A DNA stretch of 64,000 nt, taken from NCBI GenBank assembly GCA_963802225.1, contig CAWDHZ010000036.1:79343-143342 (forward strand), given 5' to 3'. Positions 1 through 8,503 of this stretch are shown one piece after another. The position numbers were made by a program, and so were the translations under genes. Position 1 is the stretch's first letter. Every line of letters starts with the position of its first letter. This DNA comes from an uncultured delta proteobacterium. GTDB taxonomy: Bacteria > Desulfobacterota > Syntrophia > Syntrophales > UBA2192. The notes under the pieces were generated by a model. It was given only the letters and a program-made list of their open reading frames with translations. It ran no database searches and was not told where the DNA came from.

Positions 1-96
1 GCGCTGACCGCTTTCCACACCGTGAATCACCAGTGCCGGCAGGCCGGTTTCTTTTTTCTTCTTCAGGGAAGCTTTTCGGGTTGCCACGTCATTCAT
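1..96 (-). CDS. partial CDS (first 32 aa only, continues off the left edge); possibly the third subunit of the split glutamate synthase
   Basis: ATG at 96..94 preceded by GAGG, 4 nt after the TAA stop (103..101) of the upstream gene. Translation MNDVATRKASLKKKKETGLPALVIHGVESGQR. Function is guessed from operon context only. Confidence 0.4.
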   Translation of the reverse strand, partial: MNDVATRKASLKKKKETGLPALVIHGVESGQR

Positions 97-100
97 CCTC

Positions 101-1735
101 TTAGACGACATATTTGATCTGCAGCCTCTCTGCGGCGTTCCGGTCGGAGATGCCGAGGGCATCGGACATCCCGATGGGGAGCGACGTCGAACGGCCCAGG
201 GGGGCCACGACCTTTTTCAACTCCGTATCAAAACTCAGGTAGACATCCACAAGGCGCTGGGCGACATGCTCCGGATCGAGGCGCCTGTAGAGGCGAGGAT
301 CCTGCGACGTGATCCCCTTGGGACATTGACCGATATTGCAGATGTTGCAGCGGTCGCTCTCCGACCCCAGGCAGCCCGCAGCGGCCTGCATGAGGTACTT
401 GCCCACCTGGACGCCGCTGGCGCCGAGCATGATGAGGGCCGCCGCGTTGGCTCCCAGGTTTCCGTTTTTTCCGATGCCACCGCCCGCAAAGAGGGGAATC
501 TCGTTCTGCTTGCCGATTTTGACGAGGTTCAGGTAGGCGTCCCGGATATTGCTCGCGATGGGGTGGCCCATGTGGTCCATGGAAACATTGTAGGCCGCCC
601 CGGTGCCTCCGTCCTCTCCGTCGATGGCAAGACCCGCGGCGATGGGGTTTCTGGCCAGGTTGTTCAGGACGGCGAGCACCGTGCTGGTCCCGGAAATCTT
701 GGGGTAGACGGGGACCCTGAAGCCCCAGGCCATGTACATGGACTGGATCATCTTTGCCACGGATTCCTCGATGGAATACTTCGTCTGGTGCGTGGGCGGA
801 CTGGGCAGGCTCACGCCGGCAGGGACTCCGCGAACCTTGGCGATGAGGCTGTTGACCTTGTACCACATCAGCAGGCCCCCGTCTCCGGGCTTGGCGCCCT
901 GGCCGTACTTGATCTCCACGGCGCAGGGGTCTTCCTTCATTTCGGGGATGGCACGGATGATCTCGTCCCAGCCGAAGTATCCACTGGCAATCTGGAGGAT
1001 GACGTACTTGAGGAAGCGAGAGCGCAAAAGCCTCGGAGGGCAGCCGCCCTCTCCGGTGCACATCCGCACAGGCATGCCCAACTCCTCGTTGAGGTAGGCC
1101 ACCCCCATCTGGAGTCCCTCCCACATGGTGGGGGAGAGTGCGCCGAAGGACATGCTGCCGACGATCAGGGGGTAGATCTCCCGGACGGGCGGGATCCATC
1201 CGTTTTCGCGGCTGAACTTCAGGGCCTCCTCGGGGGGCAGGATGCGCCCGAGAAGCGTTCGCATCTCGAATTCGTGCCGGCCCGCGTCCAGGGCGGGGTC
1301 CGTCAGCATGGAGATGCGGACGAATTTGATCTGGTCCAGGAAGCTCCCGGGGGCGTTGCGCCTACCGCCGCGGCGGCGAGGGACGCCCCCGGTGTTGATG
1401 TGAAAGCGCTGCTTGTCGACGTCCTCGTTGAGAACGGGAATGATCGCATCGTTGGGGCAGACCATGCCGCACATGCCGCAGCCGACGCATGCGAAGGCGG
1501 GATCGGTGCGCTGATCGATGCCGTGATATACGCTCAGGGCCGTTGCGGGCGAGTCCTTGATCCCCAGGGGCACGTTGACGATGCGCTTGCGGTGAACGCC
1601 CAGTTCGATGGCCTGCACGGGGCACACCGCCGTGCAGCGCCCGCAGAGGGTGCACTTGTCCTTGCTCCAGAGGATCCGCCAGTGCAGGTCCTTCGTGCTC
1701 AGTGTGGATGGGTGAAGGGTTCCCATTGGTTCCAT
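101..1735 (-). CDS. glutamate synthase-like FMN subunit (archaeal-type GltB domain 2) with N-terminal 2x[4Fe-4S] ferredoxin domain
   Basis: Two CxxCxxCxxxCP motifs (CTLCGRCTAVCP, CVGCGMCGMVCP) followed by a GltS FMN-domain-like sequence (GEGG, GDGG, GGTGAA). Start taken at MEPMG (1735); the ORF-track start at 1840 overlaps the upstream gene. Confidence 0.8.
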   Translation of the reverse strand: MEPMGTLHPSTLSTKDLHWRILWSKDKCTLCGRCTAVCPVQAIELGVHRKRIVNVPLGIKDSPATALSVYHGIDQRTDPAFACVGCGMCGMVCPNDAIIPVLNEDVDKQRFHINTGGVPRRRGGRRNAPGSFLDQIKFVRISMLTDPALDAGRHEFEMRTLLGRILPPEEALKFSRENGWIPPVREIYPLIVGSMSFGALSPTMWEGLQMGVAYLNEELGMPVRMCTGEGGCPPRLLRSRFLKYVILQIASGYFGWDEIIRAIPEMKEDPCAVEIKYGQGAKPGDGGLLMWYKVNSLIAKVRGVPAGVSLPSPPTHQTKYSIEESVAKMIQSMYMAWGFRVPVYPKISGTSTVLAVLNNLARNPIAAGLAIDGEDGGTGAAYNVSMDHMGHPIASNIRDAYLNLVKIGKQNEIPLFAGGGIGKNGNLGANAAALIMLGASGVQVGKYLMQAAAGCLGSESDRCNICNIGQCPKGITSQDPRLYRRLDPEHVAQRLVDVYLSFDTELKKVVAPLGRSTSLPIGMSDALGISDRNAAERLQIKYVV

Positions 1736-2829
1736 TTTTTGATCTCCCTGCGTTTCTTGTCCACGTAAGCGATGTCGTATTTCATGGGCTGGAAGTCCTC
1801 GTCGCGGTCCCGGTCGGGAATGGCGGCATCGAGGCCGCAAATCTCGGAGGAGCAGCAGTAGACACCGGGTTTTCCTCCGATGACCCCGGGTCGCAGCTTC
1901 TTGCTGTCATGGACCATGAACAGGGTCTGATCGGGCAAAAACCCGATGACGCAGTTGGGGCCGTCGATGATCAGCGGCCTGCAGGTATGCTTCAGCAGCC
2001 TCAGGCGGGACGTCTCGGGGTGCCTGGCCAGTTCGTCATCCTTGAGGGGGGTGATGATGTGCTTGTAGGCCTCGAGCCCCATGCCCAGATTGTAGTAGGT
2101 GTAATGGAGGATATGGGCGAACACCTCGGAATCGGACTGATAACCGACGTAGCCCGGGAAATTTCTGGACATGAGGAATTCGCGGATGGGGACGAAGGCC
2201 GTATTTTCTCCGTTGGTCATTGTGGCCACGCCCTGGACGAAGAAGGGGTGGCACGCGTAGAGGGTGATGGCGTAGTTCGTGTTCTGCCGCCCCTGGGACA
2301 GAATGTTCCGGGCGAGGATGTTTCGGTCATTCAGGTCGAGATAGTCGGCGATCTCCAGGGGATCCCCGATCTCCTTGAGCATGATTGTGTCAGGCCAGAA
2401 GCTGAAGACCATCATCGATCCGTCCTCGATACCCATCTGGCGAAGCGTGACCCGCGTGAGCATCAGACGCAGCCGTACCTCGGCCTTGGGGATGTATTTC
2501 CAGTCATCGGGGTAGTCGTAGACGCTGATCAGGTACACGTCACGCCTGGGCGTTCCCGCCGGGGCGGGCTTTGCAGGGCGTATCGCCCGTTCAAATTTCG
2601 GCCTGAACCCCCGGGCCAGCATGTAGTCATCCAGCTTTTTCATTCCCGCATTGCTGAATATGCCGGAGAGAATCGGGTAGTCTTTGTAGGGTTCGAAATC
2701 TCCCGCCAAGTCGCTCAGGTACAGGCCCACCCCGGAGCCGTCGTGTCCCTCTTTCATGAGGTTGAGCGCCTCGAGGGCGACCATGGGGGTGAGGGGATCC
2801 TGGCTTGTCATCGCAAAGAGTCGGCACAT
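1699..2829 (-). CDS. class-II (Ntn) glutamine amidotransferase, archaeal-type GltB domain 1
   Basis: Begins MCRLFAM, with the Cys2 nucleophile typical of Ntn amidotransferases. 376 aa, immediately upstream of and overlapping the FMN subunit. Confidence 0.8.
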   Translation of the reverse strand: MCRLFAMTSQDPLTPMVALEALNLMKEGHDGSGVGLYLSDLAGDFEPYKDYPILSGIFSNAGMKKLDDYMLARGFRPKFERAIRPAKPAPAGTPRRDVYLISVYDYPDDWKYIPKAEVRLRLMLTRVTLRQMGIEDGSMMVFSFWPDTIMLKEIGDPLEIADYLDLNDRNILARNILSQGRQNTNYAITLYACHPFFVQGVATMTNGENTAFVPIREFLMSRNFPGYVGYQSDSEVFAHILHYTYYNLGMGLEAYKHIITPLKDDELARHPETSRLRLLKHTCRPLIIDGPNCVIGFLPDQTLFMVHDSKKLRPGVIGGKPGVYCCSSEICGLDAAIPDRDRDEDFQPMKYDIAYVDKKRREIKKWNQWEPFTHPH

Positions 2830-2951
2830 GATGTTCGTTCCTCGGTTGTTGCTGTGGCCCGTTTGGGACCAGAATACGTATTCCGGCTATCCTTCAGCCC
2901 ATGCCCTGAATTTCGATTCGGGGAGCCGGGCCGGTCCGCGCGCTGATATGG

Positions 2952-2963
2952 AACAATATTGTT
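2952..2963. promoter_or_regulatory. perfect 12-bp palindrome AACAATATTGTT upstream of the glutamate synthase operon (candidate activator/Fis-type binding site)
   Basis: Self-complementary sequence about 125 bp upstream of the 2829 start codon. Related in half-site (GAACAA/TTGTT) to the palindrome at 3452..3465. Confidence 0.3.
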
Positions 2964-3016
2964 ATTTGACATTTTCGATATACGAAATTGTAATTATTAG
3001 ACATGGCCGGAGAGAT

Positions 3017-3226
3017 CTAATTTCTCATCCTGAAACGTCGCGGATCGATTCCGAACTTGTGTATCTTGTAATGAATGACGCGCTTGGATGTGCCCAGGAG
3101 TTTGGCAGCCTGACTCTGGTTTCCCTGTGTGCTCACGAGGGCGTCGATAATGAGAGCCCGCTCATAAGCGTTCATCAGACTAGCCAGGGAAGACACATTC
3201 CGGCTTTCCATTTTATTCGCTTCCAT
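3017..3226 (-). CDS. small stand-alone Fis-type HTH DNA-binding protein
   Basis: 69 aa. About 57% identical (32/56 by eye) to the C-terminal HTH of the neighbouring sigma-54 activator (AYER.LIID.L...GNQS.AAK.LG..KR.I.YKI.K..I.P.RF). Confidence 0.6.
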   Translation of the reverse strand: MEANKMESRNVSSLASLMNAYERALIIDALVSTQGNQSQAAKLLGTSKRVIHYKIHKFGIDPRRFRMRN

Positions 3227-3279
3227 GACTTTTCACCCCGTCTGGTCATTGTGTATCATGAACTGTGACAACGAACAAT

Positions 3280-3295
3280 GACAAGAAGCGTGCCA
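3280..3295 (-). promoter_or_regulatory. weak sigma-54-like -24/-12 element (TGGCAC-gcttc-TTGTC)
   Basis: The minus strand reads TGGCACGCTTCTTGTC about 55 nt upstream of the 3226 start. The -24 box is perfect; the -12 box has GT instead of GC. Confidence 0.25.
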
Positions 3296-3451
3296 CGCGG
3301 TGCACATGCATGAATGGCGTCCCCGTCACGATCGGCGTGCAATCCACAATACAATGTTATTATTACATAATATTGGATCTGCATGGTCCCAAACGTGAGT
3401 GAAGGTGAAAGGGAATGGCAAACATCAACGAGCAGAAAGGCATGGGAACAT

Positions 3452-3465
3452 GAACAAATTTGTTC
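3452..3465. promoter_or_regulatory. perfect 14-bp palindrome GAACAAATTTGTTC in an AT-rich intergenic region (candidate UAS)
   Basis: Self-complementary. Lies about 160 bp upstream of the sigma-54-like element at 3280..3295, a typical enhancer distance. Confidence 0.3.
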
Positions 3466-3532
3466 CATATAGACAAAGAGTTGCAATCTGCGAGGGTTTA
3501 ATCTTGGCCCCGGCAGCCTCGTGCCGATCGCA

Positions 3533-5056
3533 TCAGGAGATCCGCTTCGTCTTGAATCGCTGGGGCTCGATAGCGTATTTAGTGATCTTGTACTGGATGA
3601 TCCGCTTCGTCGTCCCGAGGAATTTGGCCGCCTTGCTCTGATTGCCGCGTGCGTCCTTCAGGGTGTCTATGATCAGGGAGCGCTCGTAGGCACTGACGAG
3701 AGTCTCGAGCTTTCCCCTTTCCTTCTTTGCTGCGTCTCTTGACTTCATCTGGAGCGAAGGCGGCAGATGGACGCTCTCGATGGAGTCCCCCGGTGCCAGG
3801 ATCACGGCCCGCTCGATGCAGTTTTCCAACTCGCGGACATTTCCCGGCCAATGGTAGGCGAGAAGCATGTCCAGTGCAGGCGTGGATATCCGCTTCACCT
3901 TCTTTCCGAGGATCTTTGCATATTTCAAGATGAAGTGGTCCGCCAGGAGAATGATGTCGCTTCCCCGCTCCCGCAGCGTCGGCATGAAGATGGGGAATAC
4001 GTTGAGGCGGTAGAAAAGGTCCGCCCGGAACCGCCCCTCGGTAACATCCTGTTCCAGGTTGCGGTTTGTTGCCGCAATGATGCGAACGTTGACCGTGATC
4101 GTCCGCGATGAACCCACGGGCTGGAGCTGTTTTTCCTGGAGGACGCGCAGTACCTTGGCCTGAGCCGCCTGGGAGAGCTCCCCGATCTCGTCGAGGAAGA
4201 TCGTCCCGCCGTGGGCCTCCTCGAAAAGGCCGCGGCGCCGCTGAATGGCACCGGTGAAGGCACCCTTTTCATGGCCGAAGAGTTCGCTCTCAATGAGAGT
4301 GTCGGGCATGGCGGCGCAGTTGACCTGGACGAATGGGCCCTCCTTGCGGGGGCTGTTGGAGTGGAGCGCCCTCGCCACAAGTTCCTTCCCCGTTCCCGTC
4401 TCGCCGTTGATGAGGACCGTCGTGCCCGAATCGGCCACCTGTGAGATCATGTTGAGCACGTCCAGCATCGGCTTGGAATTCCCGATAATATCCGTGGAGA
4501 TGGTCCTTGTCCGGCTGAGCATCTTGCGCAGGCTGCGATTCTCCTCCTCGAGGCCCAGGCCGTGGACGGCCTTGGCGATGAGGTCGGCCACGGCCGAAAG
4601 GATGGCCACCTCCTCCTCGAGGTCTGTGACCTTGTGGGTCAGTTTGTCGGCCGAAAGAACACCGGCGACGTTCCCGTTGTATACAATGGGAACGCAGAGG
4701 AAGGACAACTGGGAGCGGTCCAGATGCTTGCGGGCGCCAGTGCGGTCGAGGAAGAGGTTTTCCTTTCCCAGGTTGGCGATGGCCATGGGCCGCCCCGTCT
4801 GGGCAACCTTGCCGGTGATGCCTTCGCCTGGCTTGTAGCTGATGTCGAGGCCCTCGATGTCCACCCCCCGGGCCACCTCCAGCCAGGTCTCGCCGGTTTT
4901 CTGGTCCAGGATGGAGATCATGCCGCGCTCCATTCCGAGTCGCTTGCTCATCTCGGTCATGATCTTCTCGAGCTGCTCGCGCAGCTCTCCTGACTGTGTC
5001 AGGATCTTTGCAATGGTGTGCAGGGTGGCGAGTTCCTCGTAGTTGAATCGGCTCAT
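3533..5056 (-). CDS. sigma-54-dependent transcriptional activator (GAF - AAA+ - Fis HTH)
   Basis: GETGTGKE Walker A, GAFTGA loop (EKGAFTGA), ELFGHE, a WPGNVRELEN arginine-finger region and a C-terminal Fis-type HTH. Start taken at MSRFNYEE (5056). Confidence 0.9.
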   Translation of the reverse strand: MSRFNYEELATLHTIAKILTQSGELREQLEKIMTEMSKRLGMERGMISILDQKTGETWLEVARGVDIEGLDISYKPGEGITGKVAQTGRPMAIANLGKENLFLDRTGARKHLDRSQLSFLCVPIVYNGNVAGVLSADKLTHKVTDLEEEVAILSAVADLIAKAVHGLGLEEENRSLRKMLSRTRTISTDIIGNSKPMLDVLNMISQVADSGTTVLINGETGTGKELVARALHSNSPRKEGPFVQVNCAAMPDTLIESELFGHEKGAFTGAIQRRRGLFEEAHGGTIFLDEIGELSQAAQAKVLRVLQEKQLQPVGSSRTITVNVRIIAATNRNLEQDVTEGRFRADLFYRLNVFPIFMPTLRERGSDIILLADHFILKYAKILGKKVKRISTPALDMLLAYHWPGNVRELENCIERAVILAPGDSIESVHLPPSLQMKSRDAAKKERGKLETLVSAYERSLIIDTLKDARGNQSKAAKFLGTTKRIIQYKITKYAIEPQRFKTKRIS

Positions 5057-5253
5057 GGAATATCCTGTCGGGGGCGCGGTTTTTATTACGGAATTGTTCC
5101 TATAGCGAAAAAACATACAAAAAACAAGAGGTCTTCGCATGCATGGACAAAAATGTGAAGCTTTTCGCCCAGAAGGCGAAGCTTCCCGGCAAGGAATGAA
5201 CCGGACATGGTTGCGCGCCCTGACGGGATGCGCCCCCGGTCACCTGCAAACAA

Positions 5254-5284
5254 GGGTAAAGGGTCCGGGGTCAAGGGTACAGGG
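5254..5284 (+). repeat. G-tract array (5 runs of G3-4 separated by 3-4 nt)
   Basis: GGGTAAAGGGTCCGGGGTCAAGGGTACAGGG, in the divergent region between the activator gene and the VIT-vWA gene. Confidence 0.7.
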
Positions 5285-5430
5285 CACAGAACTGGGAAAT
5301 AACTGTCCCGTCTTGCTCTTCAGTCAAACACTAAGACACTCAGGCACTTGTACACTTGGCTCGGCCGGGAACTTTTCCGGGGTCGACCTTGTCTAACCCG
5401 TCAGAAGACACGAAACCAAGGAGGTACCCC

Positions 5431-7749
5431 ATGAAACCGGCGATTCGACTTTTGATGCTTTTCCTGCTGGTCGCCTCGATGCTCCCGTGGAGCGCGGCCC
5501 ACGCCCGCCCGGAGGCAACCGATGACCGGACCCTGTCCCCCTATTTCTTCGTGAAAAGTGACGATCCCGCCCTGGACCGGCTTCCCCTTAAGGCCACATC
5601 GGCGTCGGTCCGGATTTCGGGCGTGATCGCCGATATCCTCGTCACCCAGCTCTACAGGAATGAAGGGAAAAAGCCCCTTGAGGCGATCTACGTATTTCCC
5701 GCCTCGACGCGGGCAGCCGTTTACGGGATGAAGATGACCATCGGCAAGCGCGTCATTGAGGCGAAGATCAAGAAGCGCGACGAGGCCCGGCGAGACTACG
5801 AGCGGGCCCGCGACCAGGGCCGGAGCGCCTCACTGCTCGAGCAGCAGCGGCCCAATGTCTTCCAGATGAACGTGGCCAACATCATGCCCGGCGATGAAAT
5901 CAAAGTCGAAATGAGATACACGGAACTGATCGTCCCGACGGACCGTGTCTATGAGTTCATCTATCCCACCGTCGTTGGCCCCCGTTACTCCAACCAGAAG
6001 GCCGAGACGGCGACTCCCTCCGAGCATTGGGTGCAGAACCCCTATCTGCACGAAGGGGAAGCAGCCCCCTATGGCTTCGACATCACGGTGGATGTTGCTG
6101 CGGGGCTCCCGATCCGGGAGCTTGCCTGCACGTCCCACAAGGTGAATACTGCCTACGGCAGTCCCTCTGCCGTGAAGGTTTCACTCGATGCCGCGGAAAC
6201 CCGGGGCGGCAACCGCGACTACATCCTGCGTTACCGGCTCGACGGCGACAGGATTCAATCCGGGCTCCTTCTCTTCGAGGGGAAAAGGGAGAACTTCTTT
6301 CTCCTCATGATGCAGCCCCCGAAGCGGATCGCGGAGGCCGACATCCCCGGCCGCGAGTACATCTTCATCGTCGACGTGTCGGGGTCCATGCACGGATTCC
6401 CGCTGGAGATCTCGAAGAAGCTCATGGCCAACCTGATCGGGAACCTGAGGCCCACGGACCGGTTCAACGTCCTTCTCTTCTCGGGCGGATCATCGGTCAT
6501 GGCCGAGGAGTCCCTCCCGGCCACGCAGGAAAACATTGCGCGGGCCATCCAACTCATCGATCGCCAGAGGGGCGGCGGGGGCACTGAGCTCCTGCCGGCC
6601 CTGAAGCGGGCCCTGTCCCTGAAAAAAGCGGCGAGTACCTCCCGGACCATCGTCATCGCCACCGACGGCTATGTAACCGTCGAGGAAGCAGTCTTCGATC
6701 TCATCCGGAACAATCTGGGCAATGCCAATATGTTCGCCTTCGGCATCGGCACGGCCGTCAATCGCCACATCATCCAAGGGATGGCGCACGTCGGAATGGG
6801 TGAGCCCTTCGTGATCACAACGGCGGCCGAGGCCCCGGCGAAAGCAGAAAAATTCCGCAGCATGATCCAGTCGCCGGTTCTTACGCAGGTAAAGGTCGAT
6901 TTCAAGGGCTTCGAGGCTTACGACGTGGAGCCGCCAACTATCCCCGATGTTCTCGCCGATCGTCCCGTCATCGTCTTCGGCAAGTGGCGCGGAAAGGCGA
7001 GGGGGAGCATTACGCTGAGCGGGATTCCCGGGGAGGGCCGGTATGCCGAGACCATCGACGTGGGAAAGGTGAAACCCTCGGAGGCCAACTCGGCCCTTCG
7101 GTACCTCTGGGCGCGACACCGGATCACGGTGCTCTCGGACTACAACATGCTGCGGGCAAGCGACAAGCGCATCCAGGAGGTGACCGAACTCGGTCTTCGC
7201 TACAATCTTCTCACGGCGTACACGTCCTTCGTGGCGATCGACTCGGAGGTGCGCAACACCGATGGGAAGCCCACGACGGTGAAGCAGCCGCTGCCGCTTC
7301 CCCAGGGTGTCTCCGAGTACGCCGTGGGCGGCAAGATGATGCACGCCTATGCACCCATGGCGCAGGTGGCCAAGAGAGAGGCCCTCGGGACATCGGAAGA
7401 CAGGGCCCTCGCGAAAGAGAAGCGGGCAAAGGACGAAGAGAAAGACAAGAAGGCAGCCATCGCCATCGTCGATGTGACCGTGTCGCAAGGGCTTTCTAAA
7501 GAAGACATTCTCAAGAATCTCAAAGAGCAGACCGCAAAACTGGACTCCTGCCTCGCCGGCGCAAAGGGAAAGATTGTGCTCAGGCTGACCATCAGCCCTG
7601 ACGGTACCGTGAAGAGCGTGCAGATCCTTTCCAGCACCCTGAAGAGCGGCAGGGCTTCCCAGTGTATCGCCGATCAGATCAGGAAGATGAGACTGCCCGC
7701 CATGCCGGACGGGAAGGAGGGGAGGGTGGTGATCACATTGACTGCCTGA
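5431..7749 (+). CDS. secreted VIT + von Willebrand factor A domain protein with AgmX/PglI (TonB-C-like) C-terminal domain
   Basis: AAGGAGG RBS; signal peptide MKPAIRLLMLFLLVASMLPWSAAHA. VIT-like N-terminus, vWA MIDAS motif (DVSGSM) and a C-terminal G.LSKEDI...C....GK.VLRLTI.PDG.V block. Confidence 0.75.
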   Translation: MKPAIRLLMLFLLVASMLPWSAAHARPEATDDRTLSPYFFVKSDDPALDRLPLKATSASVRISGVIADILVTQLYRNEGKKPLEAIYVFPASTRAAVYGMKMTIGKRVIEAKIKKRDEARRDYERARDQGRSASLLEQQRPNVFQMNVANIMPGDEIKVEMRYTELIVPTDRVYEFIYPTVVGPRYSNQKAETATPSEHWVQNPYLHEGEAAPYGFDITVDVAAGLPIRELACTSHKVNTAYGSPSAVKVSLDAAETRGGNRDYILRYRLDGDRIQSGLLLFEGKRENFFLLMMQPPKRIAEADIPGREYIFIVDVSGSMHGFPLEISKKLMANLIGNLRPTDRFNVLLFSGGSSVMAEESLPATQENIARAIQLIDRQRGGGGTELLPALKRALSLKKAASTSRTIVIATDGYVTVEEAVFDLIRNNLGNANMFAFGIGTAVNRHIIQGMAHVGMGEPFVITTAAEAPAKAEKFRSMIQSPVLTQVKVDFKGFEAYDVEPPTIPDVLADRPVIVFGKWRGKARGSITLSGIPGEGRYAETIDVGKVKPSEANSALRYLWARHRITVLSDYNMLRASDKRIQEVTELGLRYNLLTAYTSFVAIDSEVRNTDGKPTTVKQPLPLPQGVSEYAVGGKMMHAYAPMAQVAKREALGTSEDRALAKEKRAKDEEKDKKAAIAIVDVTVSQGLSKEDILKNLKEQTAKLDSCLAGAKGKIVLRLTISPDGTVKSVQILSSTLKSGRASQCIADQIRKMRLPAMPDGKEGRVVITLTA

Positions 7750-7876
7750 GCGTCAGTGGAACGGATACCCAGGCCGGAGTCATGGCGTCCGACGTACGCC
7801 GTGGCACCGGCCTGGAAGTTTTCTCTTGACAAGATAGCCGCCGGTACGGGAAATCGGGGGAACGAAAATACCTGAG

Positions 7877-8503
7877 ATGATGGATCCCGTGGTTGCTGCC
7901 CTGCACCGAATGACCGACGACGAGGACGTGAAAGCAGTCTTGCTGTGCCAGAAGGGCGAACCGGACGCCTTCGAGGTCCTCGTCGAGCGGCATCAGAAGC
8001 GCATGCTCAACGTCGCCTACCGGATGCTGGGGGACTATGAGGAGGCCTGCGATGTCGTGCAGGAATCTTTTCTTGCGGCATACCGTGCGATCGGGTCCTT
8101 CAGGAGGGAAGCGAAATTTTCAACATGGCTCTATGGGATAGTCGTGAATCACGCACGGAACCGGATCAAGCAGACGCAGGGCCGGTCGCGGCACGAAACC
8201 CGTTCGATCGATGACCCCGTTGGGCTCAAAGAAGGGAGCCTGCAGCGCGAGGTCCCGGATTGCGGGGAATCGGCCGTTGAACAGTTGGAGAAAAAGGAAA
8301 TCGAAGCCCGGGTGCAGGAGTGCATCGGGGCGCTTGAAACGGAATACCGGGAGGTCCTTGTTCTGCGGGACATCCAGGGGTTTTCCTACGACGAGATCGG
8401 CGAGTTGCTGAAGCTGCCCGACGGGACCGTGAAATCGAGGCTTTTCAGGGCGAGGGCTGCCATGAAAGACTGCCTCGTCAAAGTTCTGGGTGATTGGCCA
8501 TGA
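7877..8503 (+). CDS. ECF-type RNA polymerase sigma-70 factor
   Basis: Region 2 (FE.LV.RH....L..A...LGD..EA.D..QE.F..A) and region 4 (L....REV..L....G.SY.EI...L....GTVKSRL.RAR) are recognisable. Confidence 0.9.
   Translation: MMDPVVAALHRMTDDEDVKAVLLCQKGEPDAFEVLVERHQKRMLNVAYRMLGDYEEACDVVQESFLAAYRAIGSFRREAKFSTWLYGIVVNHARNRIKQTQGRSRHETRSIDDPVGLKEGSLQREVPDCGESAVEQLEKKEIEARVQECIGALETEYREVLVLRDIQGFSYDEIGELLKLPDGTVKSRLFRARAAMKDCLVKVLGDWP

Noticed and set aside
266-1768. Long ORFs antisense to or overlapping well-supported genes. Examples: 266..1768 +, 10713..12311 -, 24371..25399 -, 25582..26628 -, 36029..37249 -, 41430..42569 -, 56943..58565 +, 60466..61920 -.
   Set aside because: Their translations are Arg/Gly/Pro/Ala/His-rich low-complexity sequence typical of shadow ORFs in ~60% GC DNA. 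Each lies opposite a gene with clear family motifs.
7802-7817. Sigma-54 promoter (TGGCAC-cggcc-TGGAA) upstream of the ECF sigma gene.
   Set aside because: The -24 box is perfect but the -12 element lacks the essential GC. No enhancer-like palindrome is nearby, so it is too weak to call.
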